NCBI GenBank assembly: GCA_951406725.2
Contig: OX597814.1
Location: 151,652,001 to 151,716,000 of the forward strand
Source: Octopus vulgaris
Lineage: Eukaryota
Reading direction: 5' to 3'
Length of the DNA: 64,000 nt
Shown: positions 52,045 through 64,000 of the stretch, one piece after another
Layout of the letters: each line of letters begins with the position of its first letter
Position numbering within the stretch: position 1 is the stretch's first letter
Translations under genes and position numbers: made by a program
Notes under the pieces: generated by a model
What the model saw: only the letters and a program-made list of their open reading frames with translations
Database searches by the model: none
Told to the model about the DNA's origin: nothing

Positions 52045-53046
52045 GGTTCAACTTAAAGACAGAGCAGGCGACCTACTTTTGGGAATGAATCCATTGTTCT
52101 GCCAGATGCGGGTTGATTAATTAGCTCTGGGGAAACTCCCCGACCCTTTCAGGTGAATTAGGGTTCATTTGAGGGTTGTCCCCTTAAATAAGCAGTTCAG
52201 TTTGTGAGTGGGAGAGACAGTCGGCATTTGGGATTCAGGGCAAGCAGTTGGCAGTTGGGATTGTACAGCGAGTTACTAATGGTTTGTTCTGCTGTGATAG
52301 AGAGAGATATACAGAGGATTATGCGGCTAATAGAGATGGACTACAATGTGAGGCATTGGCTGATGTACGGTATGTGTTAATTGTGTTGATATGTGAATTA
52401 TGTAAAGAGACTATAACGAACTGTTACAGAAGTGAGTAAAGGACTTGTTGATGTGTTGATTATTGAGTTGTGTTACCTATGTAAAAGAAAGAGAGAAAAA
52501 GAAAGGCTCTGTTGTAGTCTGAAAAGAATTTAATGAACATTGAATGTATATGTGTTAATTGTCCTCTGAACTGTAACGTTAATGTGATTTGAAACAGAAC
52601 TGTTGTCTCCGCACTGTATATTGCATCAATCTGATCTGTTGTATACCTGTATTGATTTGTTGTTTTCTTTAAATGCTGTTGTTATATTGTATCTGCATGT
52701 TTAAATGCTTTGATGTGTTGTATCTGCATGTTTTTCCTCTTTGATGTACCTGATATGTATCTAAATGTATTTGATGTTGTAACAATTATAAAGTGTTATA
52801 AACTAGTAGGTTAAATATAAGCCAATTGCCTTCCGCTGTATTTCTTTGTGTCTCGATTGCCTCTGTGTCTCTTCCTGCTGCTGTTGTTGTTGTTGTCTCT
52901 CTCTCCTCTCTGGGTTCCGTGGCGAACTCTTGCCGATCGATCGGGCCTGGTCAATCGTCGTCGCTCGACTTGTTGGGATCCCGGGTTCGAGTGATACGAG
53001 CGACGGCAGGTGGGATTCCGTAACAGCTTTCGGAGGTCCCGTGACA
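52039..53046 (+). mobile_element. Solo LTR (~1 kb)
   Basis: TGTTGTG...GTGACA termini, ATAT on both flanks, no internal retroviral ORF. Orientation is tentative. Confidence 0.65.
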
Positions 53047-53173
53047 ATATATATAGAGTTTCAGATGAATATGGTACTTAAGTCGAGGCACCAGAATTTA
53101 GTACGGTATTATCTATACAATTTCAAAGTAAGGCGATTAAAATCAAAATAAGCAACAAAGATATCCAGAGGTA

Positions 53174-53262
53174 ATGCAGTACGATCGTTTCATGTAACTC
53201 CATTTAATTGAACAGTGCAATCACTACATCAATTTAAAATGTAGAGCAATCTTCAGCTGCAC
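53174..53262 (-). ncRNA. Hammerhead ribozyme motif (21935 family)
   Basis: Minus strand: GTGCAG-CTGAAGA-...-GAAAC-GATC-GTA-CTGCAT. Confidence 0.72.
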
Positions 53263-53529
53263 AAAGACAGAATTAAATCAAATTAGAACAGATTAGTATG
53301 ATTATACCTAAAATCTCCAAGAAGTTAAGGAGATAGACAAAGAAGATGTTGTCTCTACTTCAGCATAGAAGTTACTAAGATTTTCAAGAAGACAATGCCT
53401 GCCACTTATTTTATGTCTTTATGGGGTCGGTTTTAATTTATAGACTAGTTTATCAAAACCCTTGTATATCTAAGGCTGAGACAACAGAGGGCTGAGGGAG
53501 TAGACAAGGCATTCTTGTTAGTATCTTTC

Positions 53530-53939
53530 TCTCTTTTCCTCTCTTTTACTTGTTTCACTCATTTGACTGCAGCCATGCTGGAGCACCGCCTTTAGTCGAG
53601 CAACTCGACCCCAGGACTTATTCTTTTGTAAGCCCAGTACTTATTCTATCGGTCTCTTTTGCAGAACCGCTAAGTAACGGGGACATAAACACACCAGCAT
53701 TGGTTGTCAAGCAATGCTAGGTGGACAAAGACAGACACACAAACATACACGCACACATATATATATACATATATACGACGGGCTTCTTTTCAGTTTCCGT
53801 CTACCAAATCCACTCACAAGGCTTTGGTCGGCCCGAGGCAATAGTAGAAGACACTTGCCCAAGGTGCCACACAGTGGGACTGAACCCGGAACCATGTGGT
53901 TGGTAAACAAGCTACTTACCACACAGCCACTCCTGCGCC
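53530..53939 (-). mobile_element. tRNA-SINE (13518 family)
   Basis: Reverse complement match to 13518-13934. Confidence 0.9.
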
Positions 53940-54189
53940 TAGTCATAAAAAATCAAGATCTATTATAAGCAATATCATAAGGTTTAGTATGTAGCACTTT
54001 ATTGATCTTGAGTTTAAAATTTATTGCTCTTAGTTGAAAATCAGTGAATAGGTAGCCTGCCCTACAACATTAATTTGTATAATTTAGAGTTACTGTTTAA
54101 GGTGTTATCCAAAAATACCCTTATTAAATACCAGTTAAATCCAGTTGATTAATCTCCATAGAAACCATATAATAATTAATATTTAGATA

Positions 54190-54424
54190 CTCTTTTACTT
54201 GTTTCAGTCATTTGACTGCGGCCATGCTGGAGCACCGCCTTTTAGTCGAGCAAATTGACCCCAGGACTTATTCTTTGTAAGCCTAGTACTTATTCTATCG
54301 GTCTCTTTTGCCGAACCGCTAAGTAACGGGGATGTAAACCTACCAGCATCGGTTGTCAAGCGATGTTGGGGGGACAAACACAGACACACAAACACGCACA
54401 CACACATACATACATATATATATA

Positions 54425-54459
<35 letters not shown>

Positions 54460-54614
54460 TACGACAGGCTTCTTTCAGTTTCCGTCTACCAAATTCACTC
54501 ACAAGGCTTTGGTCGGCCCGAGGCTATAGTAGAAGACACTTGCCCAAGGTGCCACGCAGTGGGACTGAACCCGGAACCATGTGGCTGGTAAGCAAGCTAC
54601 TTACCACACAGCCA
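54190..54614 (-). mobile_element. tRNA-SINE (13518 family)
   Basis: Reverse complement match, lacking ~10 bp at the 5' end. Confidence 0.9.
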
Positions 54615-55661
54615 CGTAAATAAATATTAAACTATTTCTTTGCAATTTTCTTTTCCTCCCTCTGTTGTGGTAAAAAGTCGGCATCTACTCGAAATATTCA
54701 AAAAAGTTTTATCCTTTTGTTAAAATTTCATTCTTAATAATTCTTCTATAATTTAACTTTATACAATATGACAATATTATTTCAAATGATCTTTAGAAAT
54801 TACTTGATTTATCTCTTTCTTAAATGGCTCTACCCTCATGATTTTAGTATTTATAAGGGGCTTTATATAAATAATCCTTTTAAACAAGTACCACTAAGAA
54901 ACTATAAATATCATGCAGGGAGTAACAATAATAACTTCTTAAACCTATAATATAACCCTTAGTTTCTAAAAAAAGATTAGTGTAAAATATGATTGTTCCA
55001 TAACTTAAATATTCCTTTAGCCGATACCAAACATCAGTCTTTTATTGGTATTAGCTAAATAAGTAAATATATAATTTTTTAGTCTAATATATTTTGAATA
55101 ATTATACTTTTTCTAAAAATCTTCTCTATTGGTGTTAACAAGCTATATATATACTTTACCGTAGTATTAGTAATTTAGCCATTTTATTTCCTTTTCTATG
55201 GTGTTCTGCCCTACTTGATTATTTTATTTTATTTCTTTATTATTTTATAATAAGCCATTATTTATTTATAAAATTAATCTAATTTTTGTATCTCCATAAA
55301 TTCATACTTAGCTTATATAAAACTATACTGGTATATTCACTACTTATAAAAAATACTGCTTAAATTAAAATTTTATAAATATATAATTGGCATGTTCCTT
55401 TATCCCAATACTCCTTTATTAATACCAGTATATACCAATTAATCAATATTCACAGATACCATAAACTAGTCTATAAATTAAAACTGACCCCATAAAGACA
55501 AAAAATCAGTGGCAAGCAGAGTCTTCTTGATAAATTTAGTAACTTCTATGCTGAAGTAGAGACAACATGTTCTTTGTCAATCTCCTTGACTTCTTGGAGA
55601 TTTTAGGTATAATTATACTAATGTATCCATCTGTTCTAGTTTAATTAAATTTAATATTTTT

Positions 55662-55750
55662 ATGCAGCTGAAGATTGCTCTACATTTTAAATTGATGTAA
55701 TGATTGCATTGTTCAATTAAATGGAGTTGCATGAAACGATCGTACTGCAT
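55662..55750 (+). ncRNA. Hammerhead ribozyme motif (21935 family)
   Basis: ATGCAG-CTGAAGA-TTGC...GCAT-GAAAC-GATC-GTA-CTGCAT, with a perfect 6-bp stem I and palindromic ACGATCGT. Confidence 0.78.
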
Positions 55751-56187
55751 TACCTTGTTGCTTATTTTGATTATATTTGATTATATATATTTCCAGAGAA
55801 AGCTACATTAGGAATGATGATCAGAGAATTTAATTCAGTTAGAATACCAAAATTATGAAGAAAGACGAATGTGTTGTTGGTTTGCATGTAGGCCTCTACA
55901 TTTGTCCCCTTATTCTTAATAGCTTTCCTTTATTGTATTTCCTTCTTCTATCCTCGTTTACAAGCAAGGCTACAATTACATCTTCCTCTGGTGCCCACTT
56001 AAAGAAAAGATCTAGAAACTTTACACTTTTCACTGTTCAAAATAATTATATTTATCGAAACAGATTATATAATTTACAATTAACAAGTGCTGTACTTGTA
56101 TTCTTAAAAAATTAGTAAAATACAAAGCAGAATTTAAGCCCAGATTTTCTTTCAAATAAATGAAGATCTTTTTTATATTTATTATAG

Positions 56188-56280
56188 TACTGTCGGTACT
56201 GCAGCATTTTTGTATGTCAGCTTATTGGTTTTTGTGAAATATACACAAACACATTCACCTTCTAGTCCAGTTAAAACGCC
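56188..56280 (+). CDS. SLC38A7: SLC38A7/8-like exon 5
   Basis: TTATAG/GTAAGT; STVGTAAFLYVSLLVFVKY...VKTP; phase 2 to 2. Confidence 0.88.
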
Positions 56281-56599
56281 GTAAGTTCTCCACTTCTTAT
56301 ATGCTCACTAACATTGTTCAATTATTTTCCTTTCGTTAATCAAAATATTTGTTTTAGCAAATTTTCTCAAACTTGTCAGGTTATCAGAAATAAAGGAACA
56401 GGAGCTTAAAATACAACATTAGTACTTCGATTTGGTACATAGCTAGATTCCTCCAAGACAACACCTATTCAACATAATTCCATAAGAAATCAGCGTCAAC
56501 GTAATTACTGCACAAAAATTCGGCACTATTCAATATAATTATACAACGCCGCGATATAGATCTAGTGTGTATTGAAAGGTTTCCTTGTTCTGTGCACAT

Positions 56600-57560
56600 T
56601 TCATGCAGCTTCGGCAGCTTTTAGACTTTATTCCGAAATGGCAATGCTAGGCAAGGAGATTTTGAGAAAAGTGTCTATGTACCCTGGCTGGCCGGAATAG
56701 AATTTTCAGTTAATCTTCGTCGACGCATGTAATCTACTGCACGTTGATACTCTTGTCCACCTTTAATTCTATAAAGCATCAGATATATCACCGTTTGCTT
56801 GATTGGTAGAAAACTGCGAGCTCCTGGTAGCGTCAAATACCCAATATTGACCTTCACTTGATCCGGGACAGCAGTTCAATGAAAGAGATCAACTGTGAAA
56901 AGATGTGCCTATCAAACTGTAACAACAGCTGTTCACTATCCAGGAACCCCTATACATGCTTCAATCTCTGGCTGATTAGGCATGATTCCTAATGGATCAC
57001 ACAGGTGGCCATTTATCCTGACTACAGAGCAGTTTTTACTATAGATTGATGAAATCCATCCTCTGAAATGATATCGAAACTAACTACACTGAGAAGAGCC
57101 ACTAAGTATTACCGAAAGCTTTGAATTGATGCCAACGTATTTGAGCCCCACTAGAACAAGTTTTATTTTAGCCAACTTCGCAACGATGACTGGCATGAGG
57201 TGGAGGTGGTTGTGAATAAATCTGATGGAAATAGCACAAGTCTGTGCGCTTCTAGCTACACCAAGTACGACAAGCGTCAGTCTCTTCGCGAGCACTGCCC
57301 TGCACTAACTCTCAAAACTCTACACGCAGCAGAGCTGTGGATCAGATGCTGTCCACGATGTTTCCTTTGCTTGTGTCCTTCCTCTGTAACACCACACCTT
57401 GTCAGTCAACGTATCAGAGAAAGTTCCCAGTTTTCAGCGTCATGATAAACGTCTACGAAGTGTATGACACGAACCCATAAAGCCCATTGCGATGACGATG
57501 TAAAGCAGAAGATTTGCCCCACGCAATGTTACTCATCTCTAACCGTTTCTTACATACAGT
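56600..57560 (-). mobile_element. Tx1/L1-like RT remnant, very degenerate
   Basis: LAKRLTLVV...AQTCAISIRFIHNHLHLM parallels 27470-27570. Confidence 0.6.
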
Positions 57561-57879
57561 TATCGCTTCTCTACTGCCAACAACTGCGAAAAGTTATGGA
57601 GTTGGTACGAGACCCATTATCTCTGATCCATTGCTATTCCTAAGTGGTCGGGAACTGTTCTAAAAATGCGCACAACTTCCCAGAATAGCACCTACAGACA
57701 GCTATTCATCAAAATGAGGATTTATTTTCACTGCGCGCCCTTTCTATCCGAACACATCGAATGATTTGTTCACATCTGTATCTAAAACCACACGAATTAT
57801 CTTTGGAATAGCAATCTCCATGCTCCGCATCGAAGAAATAGTCAAAAGCTATCTTTGTCGCCCTCTAATATATATATTT

Positions 57880-58096
57880 CTTTATTGCCCACAAGGGGCT
57901 AAACATAGAGGGAACAAGCAAAGGGACGAAGTCGATTACATCGACCCCAATGCCAAACTGGTACTTTATTTTTCAACCCCGAAAGGATGAAAGGCAAAGT
58001 CGACCTCGGCGGAATTTGAACTCAGAACGTAATGACAGACGAAATACCGCTAAGCATTTCGCCCGGCGCGCTATCGCTTCTGCCAGCTCGCCGCCT
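57880..58096 (-). mobile_element. Meta-domain-like SINE
   Basis: Same core as the 2613 family. Confidence 0.8.
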
Positions 58097-58449
58097 CGCC
58101 CTCTAACATATATGTGCTTTATTGTTACTCTGATATATCCTGACAATGAAATTTCGGTGTCAGAAAATCTGAGAGAAGGGGAAGTGATATGTTTGCGTAT
58201 GTAAGAGCAATTACACGCATGTAAGTGCTCTCTACTCTATGTAGAAGACCCCGAAGTGGATAGTGGTATCGAGTATGTGAACCGCCACTGGAGCCAACTT
58301 TACCTTTCATTTTTCAGAGATCGATAAATAAAATATTTGGTCGATATACTCGACTCTTCCTTTCCCAGCTTTGTAAATATGTTGACAATTATTATCATAT
58401 ATTTTTGATTTATTTTTAATGTTGTTATTTATTTTACTTGTTTCCACAG

Positions 58450-58507
58450 ACATGAACGCAGCAAAGCTATCATATATTTCATTATAGATGTTTTGGTTTG
58501 CTACGAG
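58450..58507 (+). CDS. SLC38A7: SLC38A7/8-like exon 6 (TM6a, divergent)
   Basis: Long pyrimidine tract, CCACAG acceptor and GAG/GTAAGA donor; PHERSKAIIYFIIDVLVCYE. Phase 2 to 0 and length fit the gap between exons 5 and 7. Confidence 0.75.
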
Positions 58508-58926
58508 GTAAGATACTATCTTTGTTATTACAATGTATATGTGAGTCGTGCTGACTGAATCGTTAGAGGGTTGCAATTAATTTCTTGCAGTATTTTTTTC
58601 CGAATCTTTAAGTTCTGAGATCAAATCCCACCGAGGTCGGCTTTGCCTTTCATTTTTGGGGTCAATAAATTAAGTACCAGTGAAACATTAAATTTCAGAC
58701 CTTGTGCCTTTATTAGGATATATCCTTATTAAAGGATGACAATAATAATAATAATAATGATAATAATAAAACATTCTCAAGAACAATATTATGTACAAAC
58801 CAAATACATGACACCCTAGGCATAACACCAACACGAACTTCTACCTTATGTCTTGATGTCTCTGGGTGAGACTTGGAGCCAACTTGTACAAATACAAAGC
58901 AAAAATCAAACATACTACTACTGCTG

Positions 58927-58992
<66 letters not shown>

Positions 58993-59034
58993 ATAATAAT
59001 AATAATAATAATTATAATAATAATAATAATAACA

Positions 59035-60410
59035 ATAGGTCGTTGATGACCGTAGAACTTTTCATTCAAACAATACAAAAGAATGTGGATCTCATCCCAG
59101 ACCAGATCCTTCTTCCAGTCAGATTAGATGGAAGAAAAGCAAAGTGCCACCTTTGCTTTTCACCTGAGCATTTAAAAGCCGACTACCCTAAACAAAACGA
59201 AAAAGAGAGTGTCGGGTACCTCTCCTGTCTACACCAACAACGGCACCAGAATTCCAGCGACAACAGCAGCAGCACCATCAGCAGATTCAGCTGTAGCACG
59301 ATCAACACCAACACCAACAACCATACCGACACCGTATTCACCCAAACACTTCTCAGCGCCCGAAGATGTTCCATTTTTCCGCTGCGGAGCGGGTGGACAT
59401 CACAGCTGAAGAAACGGACCGCGATGAAGAGTGGCAGTTAAAAACAAAAGAACGTTAGAAACAAGAGGAAAAACAAACATATAGACAAACAACATCAGCA
59501 GTCTTCATCTACACTAGAAGTGGAAAGGAAAAGATCAAAACAACAAAAACACTGCATCGACACCATCATCTCTAACTCCTGAAACACAAGCATTCCACAC
59601 ACGCAACCACAACAATCACAACCACAACCATCACTACCACAACAATCACAACCACAACCATCACTACCACAACAATAACAGCAACAAACACAAATTAAAG
59701 ACAGTAACATTACGAATTACATGACAATAAACTAAAAAAAAATGAGGAATTAATAAACTATATATCATGCACAAACATATTAAAAGATTTTGTCATACCC
59801 ACATCCTCCCTACCTGTAAACATACAAATCATTCAAACAATGCAAAACATATACACACACTTAAAAACCCAATTCCCACAGGAAATCGAAGATTTCCGAG
59901 GGAATGTCACCAAGAGAATTCTTGGTGATTTGCTGTTGGAAACACACCAAGCCAACAGGAAGGACGAGCAATTCACCCCTCCAAATAAAACCAAGTAAGT
60001 TTCCCCTTTCTTTTCTTCTCTTTTTCCGACAACATGCTCGTGTAAAAAGTAGGCAGTGTGAATGAGAAGCGGGTTTACCTGCTCAACGACCTCAAGGAGC
60101 TGAATGTCAATGTGGTGGCCATTAGCGAAACCAGAATTTCCGACTCACGGGAATTCCGACCTATTTTAGGTGACTACGAGGTGTACGCATCTCCAAGTCG
60201 TCCGGGAGCGGGAGGCGGAGTCAGCGTAATGATTTGGAAAAATCTGTGTCTTGCAATGCAGACAATCTTCCTGGATCTGGAAGTCGGTGGTACTGGATGT
60301 GACAGACAACGAAGGACATATTTTCAGGCTAGTTGCCGTCTCTGCACTAATAGGGGCAGGACGACCAGATTTCTTCAGACGACTGGAAACTTTCCTAGGA
60401 ACGTCCCACT
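59035..60410 (+). mobile_element. Tx1-like LINE 5' part (zinc-knuckle ORF1 remnant + APE N-terminus)
   Basis: CHLCFSPEHLKAD, then VVAISETRI, GAGGGVSV and FRLVAV. Confidence 0.7.
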
Positions 60411-60608
60411 CTGGAAATTTCGAAAGAAATTTTCTTATTCGTATTAAATTTAAGCATTTGCAGAAGATTTTCTTTAAAAATATTCATTTTTCCGAAGGAA
60501 ACAAATCGACTCGGGAGAAGTTCCGAAACTCCTACTCCAACCTTAGAAATATATTTTGAGCACAAGTTCTATTATAATCTACACCTTCTGAAGCGTATTT
60601 ATGACAAA

Positions 60609-60976
60609 CTAGCAGTATCGCCCGGCGTTGCTCGGGTTTGTAAGGGAAATAACTATAAAGCATTTTTAGAGAGTTATAGCCAAAAAATGGAAAAAAATGA
60701 TGGTAAATTTTTTTAGTTAAAAAGGTCGAGTTGCGTCCCCTAGACAGTCTGTGGTTTGTGTTTCTGATTCTCGACCCCATGTCGAATTTATCGATTTTTT
60801 TCAGAACTGGGGGAACTTTTCAAAATTTTCGCTGCGTTAGTTTTGAATTATGACATTGGGCTATGTGTGTGTCAAGTTTCATCAGAATCGGTTGAAAGCC
60901 GTGGTCAGGGTGAGGGTACAACATAACAGACACACAGAAACACACACAGACAAACTGCCCTTTATATATAGAGAGA
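60609..60976 (-). mobile_element. Non-autonomous Helitron
   Basis: 3' end essentially identical to that of 14191-14857; TCTCTCTATATATAAA 5' end; A|T insertion site. Confidence 0.85.
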
Positions 60977-61944
60977 TTTCATTGAAAAATATCTATTTTT
61001 CTGGAAGTTATAAAACAAACAAATTTGGTGGGTACGAATGTGGAAGTATGACTCATAAGCTACAAAATTATAGTTGATGCTTTTGTTGCAGTTGTCTACA
61101 GTGTTGCTGTTGTCATTGTAGTTTGTTTAGTACATGACAGCTATGAAAACCCTCACATCACCCAGATATGATCGCAATTAAAAAACTGAATCAGATTAAA
61201 AAAAAAATTACTATCATATTATACATTATGTTCTTTGTCTTTTTAAAAACTGTAACGTATGATCGGAAAAAATATAGGCTGCATTTGCAAGCAAGTCACG
61301 CGACCACGTCTCGTTGATATACCTTCATGTAGTCTTGCTATTCTGATGTCGAGTATTCCAATGACCATAGGACTAGTAAGCTATGATTACCTAACGTAGA
61401 CTATGAGTTACTCAATAACCATAATGTGACAATACCCCATATAATATACATATACAAGCTATGATAGTTGTTTAACTTCTTGGTTAATACTGATCGAGCA
61501 GTCCCACAAATACACACACACACACACACATACATACACACATGCATGCACACCTATGCATATACACACAGACAGACACACATATGCATGTTTGTACGCA
61601 CATCTATATGTATGTATATGCGTGCGCGTTTCACTGTATACGAAGTGTAGGTTTCTGCGCGCGCGTGCTTTTCTTAATGTTTCCGAGGATTACCTGAAAC
61701 TGAAGTTATCCGTCTGTTTTGTTTTTGACTTTAGCCATATGTTTATATCTTATTTTTTAATTTTCTTTTTCTTTTGTAGGAAGGGTAGCAATTAGAGCAG
61801 TAATGTTCTCTAGGCCACAAAGGGTGAATGCTTATTGCTAAAACTATGAATAACTATGAGTTATGTCTCCCTCAAATCACAACTTACTCGCTTAAATAAA
61901 AGGACTCATTGATTAATATGGTCCAAGACAATGTGTCTGAATAA

Positions 61945-62162
61945 TAATCCTTTCTTATTATAGGCACAAAGATTGAAATTTTGAGGGAGGGGGGATAATC
62001 GATTGCATTGACCCCAGAACAAAACTTGTGTTTATTTTGTCGACCCCAAAAGGATGAAAGGCAAAGTCAACCTCGGCGGAATTTGACCTCAGCACGTACA
62101 GACGGATGAAATGCTGCTAAGCATTTTTACCGGCGCGGTAACGATTCTGTCAGTTCGCCGCC
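61945..62162 (-). mobile_element. Meta-domain-like SINE
   Basis: Same core as the 2613 family. Confidence 0.8.
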
Positions 62163-62273
62163 ATACACAACAACAACAACCACAATAACAACGATAATGA
62201 TGATTATGATGATGATAATAATGGTGATGGTGATGATGATGAGGAGGAGGAGGAAGAGGATATCTTCTATATA

Positions 62274-62330
<57 letters not shown>

Positions 62331-62553
62331 ATATATACACTAAGGTTTAAAAAAAATTGATAGCGTTCCCTTCATCATATACGCAGTCATCAACATTCTG
62401 TGAAAATGTCTTATTGATGTGTTGGGTTTCTTTCATTCTCTGATGAGAAGATTGCATTGTTTTACATAATTTTATTCCTTCTGGAGTAAAACCAATGTTT
62501 ACTTCGAAACATATGTCAGAAGTAAGATTTGAATAACACCTGCGTTTAACTCC

Positions 62554-62622
<69 letters not shown>

Positions 62623-62633
62623 TTATCTATCTA

Positions 62634-62706
<73 letters not shown>

Positions 62707-62729
62707 ATATGTATATACATACATATATG

Positions 62730-62778
<49 letters not shown>

Positions 62779-62804
62779 ATGTATATATATATATGTATAT
62801 ATGA

Positions 62805-62945
62805 CTGACTTCTTTCAGTTTCTGTTTTCCAAATCCACTCACAAGATTTTGGTTGGCCTGAGGCTATACTAGAAGACACTCGCCCAAGGTGCCACGCAGT
62901 GGGACTGAACCCGGAACCATGTAGTTGGGAAGCAATTTCTTTACC
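62805..62945 (-). mobile_element. Partial tRNA-SINE (13518 family)
   Basis: GTGGGACTGAACCCGGAACCATG match. Confidence 0.8.
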
Positions 62946-63011
62946 TAAGCCTGCATTATATATTAAATGAATGTTATGTATTAAATAAACAAATAATATT
63001 TACTATTGCAG

Positions 63012-63274
63012 GCACAAATAAGTTCTGTTCCAATCTACTCCAGTATGAAGCATCGAAATTTGCGGTCATATACCAAGGCCCTGTGCGGAGCTTTTGCTCT
63101 CGCTACGTTCTTTTACATGCTGATGGGAGTCTTTGGATCATTGTCGTTCGGCTCTGAAGTGCACAGTGATATCCTCCTTTCATACAAAAACCCAGACGTA
63201 CCAGTATTGATAGCAGTCATCCTACTTGCTGTCAAGGGAATTAGCAGCTACACAATTATATTCTTTCCAGGAAG
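63012..63274 (+). CDS. SLC38A7: SLC38A7/8-like exon 7 (gene continues beyond window)
   Basis: TTGCAG/GTATGT; ISSVPIYSSM...YMLMGVFGSLSFGSEVHSDILLSY...SYTIIFFPGR closely parallels vertebrate SLC38A7. Confidence 0.93.
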
Positions 63275-63599
63275 GTATGTATATGCATAAGTTTGTGTAA
63301 GCGTGCATGCATGCGTGTGTGTCTGTGTGCATGTGTCTGTGTGTCTGTGTGTAAGTGTGTGCTTGTGTGTGTGTGTGTGTGTGCGTGCGCGCGCATGTGT
63401 GTATGCGTGACTTTATGAGTGTATTCTTATATCTTTTCTTCTGGAAAGGAGACAGTGCTCATGACTCTTTACAGGGTCTCCGAGGTTTTATTTGTGAATT
63501 AAGGCTGTCATTGGTTTCATGTTAAGAAAAGTAGAAAAATATCCTGACGTCTTAACAGTTTTTCAAGCCGATCACATGGAGAAAGATGTTCGCCTCCAT

Positions 63600-63990
63600 T
63601 TTGGAAAACACAGCCTCATTTAGTTCTGTCTCGAGAAAGGACTCGTACACAAGGCCATGATCACGGACGCCAACGGAGTTGCAAAGACGTATATCGGAAT
63701 GACGGACAGCTCGTTCAAGGAAACGTATACACAATACCCGGCGTCATTCAGAGACAAAAGAAACATGCAACATCCCTGTCAGATATTGTATGGACATTGA
63801 AAGAAGGTGCGATAAGCAACCCACAGATAGAATGAAAAATTATTGCTAAAGCAAAAAATGCAGAGGACGGGGTACCACTTATGAATTCTGTATTACTGAA
63901 AAACTGAACACTAGGGTTTAAATTTTCTCAGATAACATCCTAAACATTAGGGATAAAACCTTCGCTCCCTGCATACACAAACAATATTAT
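63600..63990 (+). mobile_element. Penelope-like GIY-YIG endonuclease remnant
   Basis: CLEKGLVHKAMI...TYIGMTDSSFKETY...SFRDK, then WTLKEG, FCITEK and PCIHK across frameshifts. Confidence 0.75.
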
Positions 63991-64000
63991 ACACTCAAAT

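Noticed and set aside
61333-61375. Alternative phase-compatible exon 6 (LAILMSSIPMTIGL, AG...GTAAGC)
   Set aside because: Weak pyrimidine tract and shorter than expected. 58450-58507 has better splice signals and length, though RNA-seq is needed to exclude it fully.

Overview
Repeat-rich eukaryotic DNA, most likely octopus/coleoid cephalopod (inferred from the SINE types and the density of TA/TATG/AAT microsatellites). One host gene is supported: an SLC38A7/8-like amino-acid transporter on the + strand. Seven phase-compatible GT-AG coding exons were reconstructed by hand (33063-63274), and the gene continues past the window. The rest is mobile DNA: CR1-group LINEs (one near full length, with a Myb/SANT-like plus CCCH ORF1), Tx1/L1, R4/Dong and RTE remnants, several Penelope-like (PLE) RT/GIY-YIG remnants, mariner and pogo/Tigger fossils, Helitron-like and TTAA-type non-autonomous elements, a solo LTR, and three SINE families. 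The strongest unexplained signal is a set of nine hammerhead-ribozyme motifs in three sequence families with palindromic stem III. Two pairs sit back-to-back and face outward, one in a spacerless ~1.5 kb palindrome and one in a ~2.6 kb inverted-repeat element. Also notable are a 3' stem-loop module shared by two LINE families and a SINE, a candidate -1 frameshift site between LINE ORF1 and ORF2, and a strongly diverged TM6 motif in the transporter. All calls were made by eye, and boundaries of degenerate repeats are approximate.
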